Assembly: GCA_951406725.2 (NCBI GenBank)
Contig: OX597843.1
Location: 6,820,001 to 6,884,000, forward strand
Direction: 5' to 3'
Source of the DNA: Octopus vulgaris
Taxonomy: Eukaryota
Length of the DNA: 64,000 bases
Within the stretch, counting starts at the first letter, position 1, and each line of letters begins with the position of its first letter. This document shows, piece after piece, positions 1-12,669 of the stretch. The notes beneath the pieces were generated by a model that searched no databases, was not told the origin of the DNA, and saw nothing but the letters and a program-made list of their open reading frames with translations. Both the position numbers and the translations under genes were made by a program.

Positions 1-1082
1 TCGAGATCGATAAATTAAGTACCAATTACGCACTAGTGTCGATATAATCGACTTAATCCCTTGTTTGTCCCCTCTATGTTTAGCCCCTTGTGGGTAATAA
101 AGAAATAAGAACCGTTAGCACGCTGGACAGAATGCTTTGCGGTATTTTGCTCATCACTATATTCTAAGTTCAAATTCCAGCAAAGTCGACTTTGCCTTTC
201 ATCCTTTTGGGGTCAATAAAATTCGTACCAGTTATGTACTGGGGTTGACGTAATTGACTTAATCCCTTCCCCCGAATTAGAGGCCTTGAGCTTCCAGTAG
301 AAAGGATTATTATTATTATTATAGGTGTAGGAGTGGCTGTGTGGTAAGTAGCTTGCTTACGAACCACATGGTTCCGGGTTCAGTCCCACTGCGTGGCACC
401 TTGGTCAAGTGCCTTCTACTATAACCTCAGGTCGACCAAAGCCTTGTGAGTGGATTTGGTAGGTGGAAACTGAAAGAAGCCCATCGTATATATGTGTGTG
501 TATATGTTTGTGTGTCTGTGTTTACGTCCCCGTAAATGGTGCCTTGTACATGCCACTGGTACGGGTGCAAGTTATGCAACACTGGCGTTGGCCATTTTGG
601 GGCTGTGGGTAATGTGTACATGACACATCAGAGATATAAAGTATTGTACATGCATACACATATATAAACAAGATGGAGTTGGTGTGGTTTGTGATGTAAC
701 GGATTCTAGGACTTTGATTGTGATGATTCATCAGTGAAGTGTAACCCCTCAAATATATGTGTGTGTGTGTGTGGTATGGTGGTGTACATGTTGTGTGTCC
801 TTAATATATAAAACGCTTTGTGTGTGTGTGTGCATAACATACTTTGTGCTTATCTATTTGTCTCCCCCATCCCACCTACTTCTTTCTCTCTCTCTCCATA
901 TATATATATATATATATATATGCAAAATTTAGAGGACTGACCACTAAAGTGGACACCTAATATGCTAAACATAGACGTCAAATTGCCATTTCCACGAAGA
1001 ATGTGTTCTCAAGAAAAATCTCAGCAAAAAACCAAAATGTAAAAATAAGCAAGACAAATGAAAATATACGAAATAAAAAACG

Positions 1083-1124
<42 letters not shown>

Positions 1125-1125
1125 G

Positions 1126-1348
1126 AATGGTTGTATACTGTCAATTTATCGTGACAGTAGGGGATTACACCACTGGTGTTTAGCCCTAGGAAGCATCGAC
1201 GCTTCCTGATGGCTTTGACACATTCTTTCCTGTGTCCTTATAAAAAAAAAATGTGTCAAAGCCATCAGGAAGCGTCAATGCTTCCTAGGGCTAAACAGCA
1301 GTGGTGTAATCCCCTACTGTCACGTTAAATTGACAGTATACAACCATT
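1126..1348. repeat. Long near-perfect inverted repeat (foldback/MITE-like)
   Basis: Arms 1126-1224 and 1250-1348 are reverse complements with 3 mismatches. Confidence 0.9.
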
Positions 1349-1401
1349 TTATCGCCCCACCACCGTACACATCTCTATGAGATGTTTAAAAATTTAATAT
1401 T

Positions 1402-1447
<46 letters not shown>

Positions 1448-1545
1448 GTATATATATATAGATGAGATACCAACTTTTAAAAGCGTGAAAATCAGACTAA
1501 GTTGAAATTTCAGTGATTGATATAGTCTTCTAAAGACAAACTCAG

Positions 1546-1580
<35 letters not shown>

Positions 1581-2066
1581 ATGGGGGTATAGTTCACAGG
1601 TGATCTAAACGATTAGGTACGCTAGGTAAATGCTGTAACGGATTACTGGGGCTCCAAGGTTTAAGCCGAGATGGTAATTATGGGGCCATTGCAGATTTCC
1701 GATGCAGCAGATATATAAATTGTTAAAGGAGGACAACAGCAACAAACGTTAAGGCAAGACAAACATCTCAAGTCGTTTACGGTATTTTCATAGGAAGACA
1801 TTTGAAATCTTCCAGCTGTTTCTAGTATTTCCCCAATTAGGGGATATTTCGTCATCAGAGACAGGAAAAGATGGGGGAAATGGGAATGGTATATATTAAT
1901 GAGAGGATGGCATGGAGGGAGGGAGTAAGTCCATGGTTCAGCTTTCCACAGTTATAGAAACAAGAGCATGAGTCCTTAGGTGCAACCTTGCCTAGACCCA
2001 TGAGCGTAATTCTTTAGGTGCAATCCTGTGTAAGGTCCAAGTGAAACAAGTAAAAGAATATATATA

Positions 2067-2454
2067 GGCGCAGGAGTGGCTGTGTGGTAAGTAGCTTGTT
2101 TACCAACCACATGGTTCCGGGTTCAGTCCCACTACGTGGCACCTTGGGCAAGTGTCTTTGGCTATAGCCCCGGGCCGACCAATACCTTGTGAGTGGATTT
2201 GGTAGACAGAAACTGAAAGAAGCCTGTCGTATATATGTATATATATATATATGCGTATGTGTGTTTGTCCCCCCAACATTGCTTGACAACCAATGCTGGT
2301 GTGTTTATGTCCCCGTTACTTAGCGGTTCGGCAAAAGAGACTGATAGAATAAGTACTGGGCTTACAAAAGAATAAGTCCCGGGGTCAAGTTGCTCGATTA
2401 AAGGCAGTGCTCCAGCATGGCCGCAGTCAAATGACTGAAACGAGTAAAAGAGTA
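2067..2454 (+). mobile_element. tRNA-derived SINE family A, full length
   Basis: Head GGCGCAGGAGTGGCTGTGTGGTAAG..GGTTCAGTCCC (A/B-box-like), CCTTGGGCAAGTG core, internal (TA/TG)n, tail GCTCCAGCATGGCCGCAGTCAAATGACTGAAAC; many copies in the window. Confidence 0.85.
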
Positions 2455-2985
2455 TGTGTGTGTGTGGTGAAAAGTTCCTGGCTATGGGTAAAAGAAAATA
2501 CGAGAGGATCAGTTAATTATGATTTTATTCAACATATTCCCCTCTCAGATTCACACTGTTATTACAGCGGTCCTTCAGTTTTTCTAAGCCCTGTAAAATG
2601 GCCTCCAACTAAGCCTTTCACGATATTCTTAAAGCCAGGAACTTTCCAGCACTTTTTCCTATGTAGTGTTACGTACTAGAGGTTTAGCGTTTCAGATTTT
2701 GAATGACCGTACATAAGAGAACTGCCGGTTGTTGATTTATATGAAAAATTAGCAGAAACCGGTAGATTCAGTTGGGTGGAAAATAACAAAATAATAAAAA
2801 TAAAGAACCTGATGTTTCATAATCTGATTAACTCGTTATAAAAGCTCATGTGTATCTGACTACCTGTGGAGGAACGAAGGACCACAAAATCACCAAGCTG
2901 AAGAGAAATACTTCTTTCATTGACCATGCATTCTGTTATATTGGTAGTAACAAATGCATTCTCCGTCTTACTGAGAAGATTAATA

Positions 2986-3378
2986 TCTCTCTATATATAA
3001 AGCTGAAGTTGTCTGTGTGTGGCAGGTTTGGTGGCCTTCAACTAACACTATCTCCTCCGAGACCCTGTGGCACAAGTTGATCAAAATTGAGAGTATGATA
3101 GAAGAAGGCTTGATCTTCCTTCTGTAGAAGAAAAAATTCAAATCGGACCATGTTAAGACCAAAACTTATTTACATCAAAAAGGTGCTTTTTTTTCTATGA
3201 AAATCCCTATTTTTTACGATTTTTTTACTGCTGTGTCGCCATTTTTCAGGGTATTTCAACCAGAAAAATGTTCACTTAAAGAGAATAACAAGCTACATAA
3301 TGCAAATGTTTTACTTTTCAAAAATTCCAATTCTAAAGGGTCGAAACAAACCCGAACAATGTCAGGCGATATTGCTAG
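2986..3378 (+). mobile_element. Non-autonomous Helitron
   Basis: A|TC 5' end, degenerate subterminal hairpin, CTAG|T 3' end; termini shared with the copy at 20099-20407. Confidence 0.75.
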
Positions 3379-4389
3379 TTATATTATAAAATTTCAATTT
3401 TCTAAATAAAAAATCTGAATTTACTTACAGATGTAGACACATGAATAAATTTCTACTAAAACAGATTTAAGCTACTCAGTTGCTAATGAACGTTTTTTTT
3501 TCTCATAGTGCTATAAAAAACTTTTATTTTTTCATTTTATTGTTTTTCATGTAAGAGTAGTTTTCGTTGCGTCATTCAGTTTCACATTACATGCGTGATT
3601 AACTTTTAATTTTAAAATAAGTTTCCTTTTTTTCTTGCCGTTAGAAAACGTCAAACATAAAATCTCTTCCAGATCGTCACATTCTGAGTTCTAATTCTGC
3701 CGAGGTCAACTTTGCGTTTCTCCTTCCAGGGCCAATAAATAAAATTCCAGCCAAGTACCGAGAGTGATATAATTAACACCCCACCCTCTAAACTTTTGGT
3801 CTTAAACTAAAATTTCAAACTATTATTGTTATTATTATTATTATTATAAGATCATTGCCATTATTATTACTATTGTTATTATTATTATTTATTAGTATAA
3901 TAATTATTATTGCATTTCGTCTGTCTTCACATTCTGAGTTCAAATTCCGTTAAGGTTGACTTTGCCATCCTTTCGGGGGTCAATAAATTAAGTACCAGTT
4001 ACACACTGGGATCGGTGTAATCGACTGATCCCCTCAGCTAGCCAAGTCATCACTACAATAAGCAAGTTGCTTTGTGGCATTTCATTCGTCTTAACGTTCC
4101 GAGTTCAAATCCTGCTGAGGTCGGCTTTGCCTTTTGTCATTTTTGGGGTCATTAAAATAAGTAGCAGTCGAATACTGGGGTTGATCTAATTGACTTGATC
4201 CCTCTCACAAAATTGCTGGCCCCGTGGCAAATTTTGAAACCAATATTGAGCACATTCTGATACACACACACAATATATATGTGCGTGTGTGTGTGTGTGT
4301 GTGTGCGAGAATATGTACAAATATCTGTGTGTGTGTATGTGTATATTATAAGTTGATAGATTACACTGTGTCTCACCTTAGTCTGTTTA

Positions 4390-4431
<42 letters not shown>

Positions 4432-4943
4432 TTCAGACATAAACAGATATGTGTTTATGTATATACACACACACACACACACACACACATCTCAAGTGGA
4501 ATCTACCTTCTTTCCTTTTGATGTTTATAAACTCAGTTCCCAGCATGTAGAATGTATACAGGTATGGATATATATATGCATGTATGTATATATGTATGCA
4601 TGTATGTATGTGTATAATTGTATGCATGTATGTGCATGTGTGTATCTGTGTGTGTGTATATATCTATCTATATATATATTTATATGTGTATGTATATTTG
4701 TGTGTATATATATATATTTGTATGCATGTGTGTATGTATGTATAACATCAATAGATTTTTTTCTGTATACATGTGCATTAGTGTGTGTGTATGCATGTAC
4801 ATGTTTATAAGTGTGTGTAATTGTTTAGCCTAAGATAATTAACGAGCAAGTAGTTAAGACCCTAGACTATTTCCACTAACGAACTTTTCTAATTCTTGGT
4901 ATTAATTCTGTCGTTGTTTTTGTTTTGTTGTCGTTGTTTGTAG

Positions 4944-5040
4944 GAGCTGGAGAGGCAGGTACATTTCCGGCAACAAGCGCATCGCCTTATTGCCGAGGTG
5001 AGGGCTGACCTGGAGAAGCAGAGCGGATATATATCTGTAG
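4944..5040 (+). CDS. EHBP1: EHBP1 internal coding exon (ELERQVHFRQQAHRLIAEVRADLEKQSGYISV)
   Basis: TAG acceptor at 4941-4943, GTGAGT donor at 5041. Resembles the EHBP1 coiled-coil segment (RQLIAEAR). Ends in phase 1, matching the next exon. Upstream exons not identified. Confidence 0.8.
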
Positions 5041-5547
5041 GTGAGTGACGCTTATTTCTTTATTGGTCACAGGGGGCTAAACATAGAGGGGGCAAACAAG
5101 GACAGACAAACATACACACACACACACGCATACGACAGGCTTCTTTCAGTTTCTGCCTACCAAATCCACTCAGGAGGTTATAGTAGCGGACACTTGCCCA
5201 AGGTGCCACACAGTGGGACTGAACCTGGAACCATGTGGCTGGTAAGCAAGTTACTTACCACACAGCCACCCCTACACCTATAAGAAGTTTCCAATCATCA
5301 TCTGTTGTCCTCAGGGGTAATTATCTTGGGTGGGTGCAGATTATTGTCCGGGGGGGGGGGGGGGTAAATGTCCTCGACTTGCTGGTGCTGGTGGTCATGG
5401 TGGGATGGGTGGGGGTGATGAAGGTACTGGTGATTGTGATGGTGGGATGGGTGAGGGTGATTGGAGCATCAGTGGTGATAGCGGTTGTAGTGGTTGTGGT
5501 GGGGGTGGTGGGGGGCATGGTGGGGTTGATGGGATGATGTAGACGCA

Positions 5548-5725
5548 AGGATGTGGAACAAGTACAGTGTTATTGGACGCTCAGGAAAGGAAAGAAAGAA
5601 GGGGGATTTAACGTTTCGAGCGGAGCTCTTCGTCAGAAATATAGAAAAAAATAAGGAAAAGTCCAAGAAAGGGAAGACAGAGGGAAAAAATCGCCAACGA
5701 TCCACACGGGGTCACATATTGAAAT
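5548..5725 (-). mobile_element. Short repeat carrying a minimal hammerhead-like core (Penelope pLTR-like)
   Basis: Minus strand CTGACGA-A-GAGC(TCC)GCTC-GAAACGTT; related copy at about 30420-30600 (+), degenerate copies near 47330 and 51310. Confidence 0.55.
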
Positions 5726-5944
5726 GACCGGAAGGGAATGGGTGAAGAAAAAGTTCTTTCAAAGACAGCAGAGTGCAAGAGAAGGAGGTATGTGTGGGTA
5801 TGTGCGTGCATGCAGGTCTGTGTGTGTGTGTGTAATGATAGCATGTGTATGTGTGTGTGTGGTTGTGGCTGTTTATCTATGTGTGTGGTTGAGCTTAGTA
5901 TCATATGTATGTATACATAATGTTGTTTTGTTGCAATTTTCCAG

Positions 5945-6081
5945 AGAAAGATCTTGACAACAACACAAAGTTCCAACCGTTGAAACTAAAAAGGTTATCA
6001 TTAACCAAACCCAACATCAACTTGAGCCCCATCTCGTCGCCTGGGCCCACAGATACCAGAGAAGATGTGCCCACCCCTACG
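5945..6081 (+). CDS. EHBP1: EHBP1 coding exon (EKDLDNNTKFQPLKLKRLSLTKPNINLSPISSPGPTDTREDVPTPT)
   Basis: TTTTCCAG acceptor, GTAACT donor; phase 1 in, phase 0 out; open frame consistent with neighbours. Confidence 0.7.
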
Positions 6082-6401
6082 GTAACTACCGACTTCATTA
6101 TTATTATTGTTGTTGTTATTTAGGAATCAAGCTGCAGAATCTTTAACATTCTGCACAAAATGGTTAGCACCATTTCATCTGTGCTTACGTTCTGAGTTCA
6201 AATTCAGGTGACATCTACTTTGCGTTTCATCCTTTCAGGGTCAATGAAATAAGACACAAGGGAGCACTTACCACCTCCCCCAATATTTCTGGCCTTGTAT
6301 CAAAATTTGAAACCATTGTTACTGGGGTTAATTTAACTGGCTAGCTCCCTCCCCATAAAATTTCAGGACTCGGACCTCTAGTAAAGAGGATTATTATTAT
6401 T

Positions 6402-6868
6402 GAGTGAGAGAGCAGTGCATGCCATCAAAGTGAGACTGGGGTAAAATATACTAAGCCCAGTATACCCATCATGACAACCCGTCTGATAAGGGTACACCAG
6501 GCACATGCATCACAACCATATGTGCGCGACATGGTGATCCCATATCAAGATAAACAGTGCATGACCTTGCAGGTGGGGCCCAGTTAGAATTTTCTTCAGG
6601 TCGAGTAAGCCATCCCACTCAAAAGGTCCCTGAATAAGACTTGTTTAAGGATGTAGAACGAACCACCCATGTTTCCAGAGGTGAATTATCCAAACCCCAA
6701 AGAATCCCTCTCAACACATGGCTATGATGCTCCCCCACTACTTCTGCTCGTGATCAGAGATGCACATATCGTCAGCCACTAAGGGACATGCTCAACTGGT
6801 TCAGGTCAAACAACTGACAAGTAAATCTGTGGTATTGAGCAGAATATTTGCTGTAGCCCATCTTTTTT
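6402..6868 (-). mobile_element. Non-coding retroelement-like repeat ending in (AAT)n
   Basis: Complex sequence flanked by ATT repeats; a short AAAAGATGGGCT overlap links it tentatively to the element at 50790. Confidence 0.4.
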
Positions 6869-6872
6869 ATTA

Positions 6873-7490
6873 TTATCTTCTCCTTCTTCTTCTCCTTCTT
6901 TTTCTTCTCCTTCTTCTTTTTCTTCTTCTTCTTCTTCTTCTTCTTCTTCTTCTTCTTCTTCTTCTTCTTCTTCTTCTTCTTCGTCTTCTCATTCTTTTTC
7001 TTCTTCTTCTTCTCCTCCTCCTCCTCCTCCTCCTTCTTCTTCCCATTCTTCTTCTTCTTCTTCTTCTTCTTCTCCTTTTTCTTCTCCTTCTTCTTTTTCT
7101 TCTCCTTCTTCTTCTCCTTCTTTTTCTTCTCCTTCTTCTTTTTCTTCTTCTTCCCATTCTTCTTCTCCTCCTTCTCCTCATTCTTCTTCTTCCCATTCTT
7201 CTTCCCATTCTTCTTCTTCTCCTCCTCCTTCTCATTCTTCTTTTTCTTCTTCTTCTTCTTCTTCTTCTTCTTCTTCTTCTTCGTCTTCTCATTCTTTTTC
7301 TTCTTCTTCTCCTCCTCCTCCTCCTCCTTCTTCTTCTTCCCATTCTTCTTCTTCTCCTCCTCCTCCTCCTTCTTCTTCCCATTCTTCTCATTCTTCTTCT
7401 TCTTCTCCTCCTCCTCCTCCTTCTTCTCCTCCTTCTCATTCTTCCTCCTCCTCCTCATTCTTCTTCTTCTCCTCATTCTTCTTCTCATCA
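6873..7490. repeat. Compound (CTT/CTC)n pyrimidine microsatellite
   Basis: Direct inspection; internal block duplicated at 6961 and 7261. Confidence 0.95.
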
Positions 7491-7519
7491 TCCACCCTCT
7501 TTCTTTCTCTCTCTTTCAG

Positions 7520-7592
7520 CCTCCTCCACATGATGAAGATGAAATCTTAGACACCCAAAACAGTTTACTCAAAGTTCCAGGTTTATCAGAAG
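7520..7592 (+). CDS. EHBP1: EHBP1 coding exon (PPPHDEDEILDTQNSLLKVPGLSE)
   Basis: CTCTTTCAG acceptor after a long pyrimidine tract, GTATGG donor; phase 0 in, phase 1 out. Confidence 0.7.
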
Positions 7593-8705
7593 GTATGGCC
7601 TCTGCGAAGACTCTTTCTCACACTTTTACACCTTTCTCTCTCTCTCTCTCTCTCTCTAAATTTCATACCTGTACCCTATCTGGTACCCTGTACACATCCA
7701 GGGGTAAGATAGGCACAGCCTATGTGGGAACGAGTAAGCTTGCCGACCTCATGGTTCCAGGTTCAGTCCTAGTTCGTAGCACCTTGGCAAATGTTTTCTA
7801 CTGTGGCTTCTGACCGACCAGAGCCTTGCAAGAGGATTTAGACGGAAACTGGAAGAAGCCTGCTGTTGATCAGTTAACGTCCATTGTCCCTGCTGACAAG
7901 GGTTGGACGGCTTGACTGGGCTGGTCAGCTGGAAGGCTGCACCAGACCCCTTTTTAATTTGGCTGGATGCCCTTCGTAACACCATCCACTCCGAGAGTGT
8001 AATGGGTGTTATTGCGTGCCACTGGCACGGGTGCCATTTGCGTGACACCTGGGTGCATTTGCATAAAAGAGATATATACCTGTGTATATACATATATCTC
8101 TTTTACTCTTTTACCTGTTTCAGTCATGTGACTGTGGCCATGCTGGGGCACCGCCTTTAGTCGAACAAATCGACCACAGGACTTATTCTTTGTATGCCTA
8201 GTACTTATTCTGTCGGTGTCTATTTGCTGAACCGCTAAGTTACGGGGATGTAAACACACCAGCATCGGTTGTCAAGCGATGTTGTGGGGGGTGGGGACAA
8301 ACACACACACACAAGCATATAAACATATATACCCAACCCGTGCTAGCACGGAAAACGGGCGTTAAACGATGATGATGATGATGATGATATATACAACGGG
8401 CTTCTTTCAGTTTCCGTCTACCAAATCCACTCACAAGGTGCCACGCAGTGGGACTGAACCTGGAACCATGTGGTTGGTAAGCAAGCTACTTACCACACAG
8501 CCACTCCTACGCCTATATATATATATATATACGATGGGCTTCTTTCAGTTTCCGTCTACCAAATCCACTCACAAGGCTTTGGTTAGCTTGAGGCTATAGT
8601 AGAAGGCACTTGCCGAAGGTGCCACGCAGTGGGACTGAACCCGGAACCATGTGGTTTGTAAGCAAGCTACTTACAACACAGCCGCTCCTGCGCCTATGTA
8701 TATAT

Positions 8706-8736
<31 letters not shown>

Positions 8737-9368
8737 AATATATATTACAAAAGAAACCTTTTATTTTTCAGAATCAGGTTAATTAATCCCAAAACCTGAT
8801 AATCTCATTAGCAATTACTAATCACTGACATTTAGGAATCTCGTTTAGCTTATAAAGGTTAATTAATACGTCTTAGTATAACGAACTCGCCGGACTGGTG
8901 TACGTTCTGCTGCTTCTTTCATCTGTTACTCGTTTCGCTCGTTAGACTGTGCCCATGCTGGGGCACCACCTTCAAGAATTTTGGTTAATTGAATCAACTG
9001 CAGTGTTTGTTGTTCTATTTAAGCCTCGTATTTATTTTATTACTCTCCTTTGCTGAACTGCTAAGCTATGGGGATGTAAACGCATGCATAAAGACACACG
9101 GACACACATATATGTGGGTGTTTGTGTATATACATATATATATATATATATGAGGCGGGCATGGCTGTGTGGTTAGGGAGCTTGCTTCCCAGCTGCATGG
9201 TTTCGGGTTCAGTCCCACTGCGTGGCACTTTGGGCAGGTGTCTTCCGCTATAGCCCCGAGTCGACCGAAGCTTTGTGATTGAATTCGGTAGGTGGAAGTT
9301 ACTGCCGTGTGTGTATGTGTGCGTGTAGGTGCTCAGTGCCTCTCCGAAAGAGAGAGAGGGAGTGTATA

Positions 9369-9402
<34 letters not shown>

Positions 9403-9403
<1 letters not shown>

Positions 9404-9776
9404 CATCATCATCATCGTTTAACGTCCGTTTTCCATGCTAGCATGGGTTGGACGGTTCGACAGGGATCTGGGAAGCCAGGGGCTGCACCAGGCTCCAGTC
9501 TGACCTGGCAGAGTTTCTACAGCTGGATGCCCTTCCTAATGCCAACCACTCCGCGAGTGTAGTGGGTGCTTTTTACGTGCCACCTGCACAGGTGCCCAGT
9601 GGGGTCTGGCATCAGCCACGATCGGTTGGAGCTTTTAACCTGCCACCGGCACGGAAGCCAGCCAAGGCGGCGCTGGCAACGGCCACGTTCGGATGGTGCT
9701 TTTTATGTGCCACCGGCACTGAAGCCAGTCGGGGAGGCGCTGGCATCGACCATGTTCAGATGGTGCTTTTTATGTA
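9403..9776 (-). mobile_element. 3' UTR fragment of RTE-like LINE with (GAT)n tail
   Basis: Same family as 27950-28562; other copies at about 11392-11820, 21776-22187 and 35437-35800. Confidence 0.7.
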
Positions 9777-10084
9777 ACATAATAGTTTAGATAAAAACCA
9801 TAGGTTTCATATCTAGCATGAACTAGACATTTCTTCATTTATTCTAAATGATAACCATTCTCTGCAAGGAATGGTTTTGTTTTAGACACAAGAATGTTAG
9901 TGATTGTTCAAGAAATATTCCTCTAAAAAGATTATGGCCGAGCGAGTTGTCTTCCTTCGCTTGGTAGATAGGTTTTACAATTATGAAGTAAAAATTTCCG
10001 AAAATGTGGACAACTCCCCACAGCTTCCGTCCTGATGTTCAGGTAGCCTCCTGGCTCATGTGAGTTTATGATGAAGATGGTAAA

Positions 10085-10515
10085 ATGAAAATGATGGCAA
10101 CAACAATGACGATGATGACGAGAACGATGATGACGACGACGATGATGATGACGATGATGATGATGATGATGAATGATGATGATGATGATGATGACGATGA
10201 TGATGACGACGATGATGATGATGACGATGATGATGACAATGATGATGATGATGATGATGATGACAATGATGACGATGACGATGATGATGACAATGATGAC
10301 GATGATGATGATGATGACAACGATGACGATGATGATGATGATGATGACAATGATGATGACGATGATGATGACGATGACAATAATGATGATGATGATGATG
10401 ATGACAATGATGACGACGATGATGATGATGATGATGACAATGGTTATGGTCAGGACCATCATATCAAAGATGACGACAGTGATGATGATGATGACGATGA
10501 TTATGACAATGATGA
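10085..10515. repeat. (GAT/GAC)n microsatellite
   Basis: Direct inspection. Confidence 0.95.
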
Positions 10516-10570
10516 TACACACAAACGCATATAAACCAACTAATGTCTGTCTGTTTGTCCTCTTTTTCAG

Positions 10571-10626
10571 ATGGTTTAACAGATTCAGTGACCTTCTGGG
10601 ACATGTTATCGACATCTTCACAAGAG
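10571..10626 (+). CDS. EHBP1: EHBP1 coding exon (DGLTDSVTFWDMLSTSSQE)
   Basis: TCTTTTTCAG acceptor, GTCAGT donor; phase 1 in, phase 0 out; bridges the frames of the flanking exons. Confidence 0.7.
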
Positions 10627-11173
10627 GTCAGTCTCACATAATAAATAAACATATATTTACTCGGACCTCTAGCAACCTCTTCCTTTTCTGGTCATTCCAG
10701 CATGCGGTGACCATCCAATACAAATGTATTTGTTCTTTCTCTCCATTTTTTTTTCTTTCCTTTTATTTTTCCTGATTGTTAACCAAATATAATTCTGTTT
10801 TCTTGTTTGTTTTTACTTCGCCTTCATGACTTTTTTTATTTTTGCACCACACACACACAACACAAGCACAACACAAACACACACACAACACATATACACA
10901 CATACAAATACATGCACACACACACACAACACACACACATGCACACATACATACAAACACACACACACACAACGCACACTACATACACACACATACACAC
11001 AGACAAACACATACTCAGATGTAAATACATATACACACACACACAGATATCCTGTCCACTGTAACAGCTTTTTCATTACCACCACCACAAACTACTACCA
11101 CCACCACCACAACTACTACCACCACCACCACCACTAACACTACTACTCTCTCTTTCTCTGTCCTTTGCTACAG

Positions 11174-11294
11174 GAACTGAAAGACACCAACCAATACGTT
11201 AAGAGTGAAACCGAAGCGCTGGAGCGTGAACAGACACAGATCGACGAGCGTGCCGCGAGCCTGGAGATGGAGCTACGGACGGTCATGAAGAAAG
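11174..11294 (+). CDS. EHBP1: EHBP1 exon, start of bMERB domain (ELKDTNQYVKSETEALEREQTQIDERAASLEMELRTVMKK)
   Basis: CAG acceptor, GTGAGT donor; strong similarity to vertebrate EHBP1 DTSQYV..ELAALENEQKQIDTRAA. Confidence 0.95.
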
Positions 11295-11818
11295 GTGAGT
11301 GAGGGTTGGCCAGAGCTACAAATACTGTATACTCGTACATGTAGTTTTAAATGTAAAAAGTGTGTCATCTTCAATAGAAGGATTATTGTGTATCATCATC
11401 ATCATCATCATTTAACGTCCGCTTTCCATGCTGGCATGGGTTGGACGGTTCCACCGGGGTCTGGGGAGCCAGGAGGCTGCGCCAGGCTCCAGTCTGATCT
11501 TGCAGTGTTTCTACAGCTGGATGCCCTTCCTAATGCCAACCACTCTTTGAGTGTAGTGGGTGCTTTTTACATGCCACCGGCACAGGGGCGAGGGAAGGCT
11601 GGCAATGGCTACGATCAGTTGGTGCTTTTTACGTGCCACTGGCACAGAAGCCAGTCAAGGCGGCGCTGGCATCGGCCACGTTCGGATGGTGCTTTTTATG
11701 TGCCACCGGCACAGGTATCACAACTACAATTTCCATTTGATATTTATTTTGATGTTGATGTACTTGACTCAATAGGTCTCCTCAAGCACAGCAGGTCACC
11801 CTACGATCCAAGGTACTT

Positions 11819-11854
<36 letters not shown>

Positions 11855-12211
11855 AGGGAAGAAATGGAGCCGAACGAAGATTCTACAAAATTCCTTTTTA
11901 TTATTTTCTACACATGTTTCAAAGGCTGCAATTTTGAATAATCCGTAACAAGATAATTCATTTATCCATTTCATTAAATATATATATATATATATGTATA
12001 TGTATAAGGAAAAACAGAAAATAGAGAGATAATCAAGTTAATAATTATTTACTAATTATAAAATCATCTCTGACAGCTGTTTCGATTCAAGACTTTAGAA
12101 ATTAATTAGCCTAATTAAAAACATATTAAAGCTGAGCCTCATTGGAGTTGGCTAAAGATATACAATTACATTTTCATGTTGCAGTGTCATATATATATAC
12201 ATACATATGTA

Positions 12212-12253
<42 letters not shown>

Positions 12254-12304
12254 CGCACACACATGTACACTCAATGTCTGTTCCGTTGTGTCCACTATTT
12301 CCAG

Positions 12305-12404
12305 GCAACAATCGGTCCAAGGAAGAGCAACTGATGCAAGAATGGTTTCTTCTGGTCAACAAGAGAAACGCTTTGATTCGGAGACAGATGCAACTCAACA
12401 TTCT
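12305..12404 (+). CDS. EHBP1: EHBP1 bMERB exon ([34 protein letters not shown])
   Basis: TTCCAG acceptor, GTAAGT donor; diagnostic MQEWFxLVNKxNALIRR motif. Confidence 0.97.
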
Positions 12405-12417
12405 GTAAGTACACAAC

Positions 12418-12469
<52 letters not shown>

Positions 12470-12599
12470 CAGTTTTACATCTACTGTTTATAACTCGCTC
12501 TGAGATTTATCATTGTTTGATTTCACTTTTTCAATATCGGTGTCAAATCGACACTGGAAAAAATATATGTATTTGTGAAGGGATCTGACTTCTCATCGA

Positions 12600-12669
12600 C
12601 AACCATGATTGTCACATGCTGATGAAAGGTAAACACCTTGAAACTCGGGTACGTGTGTATCATGTGTTG
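12600..12669 (+). ncRNA. Type I hammerhead ribozyme with intact core, within a 353-nt structured unit
   Basis: CACATG-CTGATGA-AAGGT(AAAC)ACCTT-GAAA-C(TCGG)G-TA-CGTGTG. Stems I, II and III pair; predicted cleavage after GUA at 12651. Confidence 0.9.

Noticed and set aside
1661-1855. 64-aa minus-strand ORF
   Set aside because: No recognisable motif or splice support; possibly an old TE remnant.
2067-2140. tRNA-like sequences at SINE heads (also 37710-37785, 45882-45955 and 58905-58980)
   Set aside because: Incomplete cloverleaf, fused to SINE bodies; not tRNA genes.
5325-5535. G-rich tract with quadruplex potential (also 38690-38810)
   Set aside because: Degenerate (GGT/GAT)n repeat; nothing in the sequence indicates function.
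6760-7533. Poly-Leu/Lys/Arg ORFs, and poly-Asp/Met/Ile ORFs at 9932-10775
   Set aside because: Trinucleotide repeats inside EHBP1 introns; only the short spliced exons are supported.
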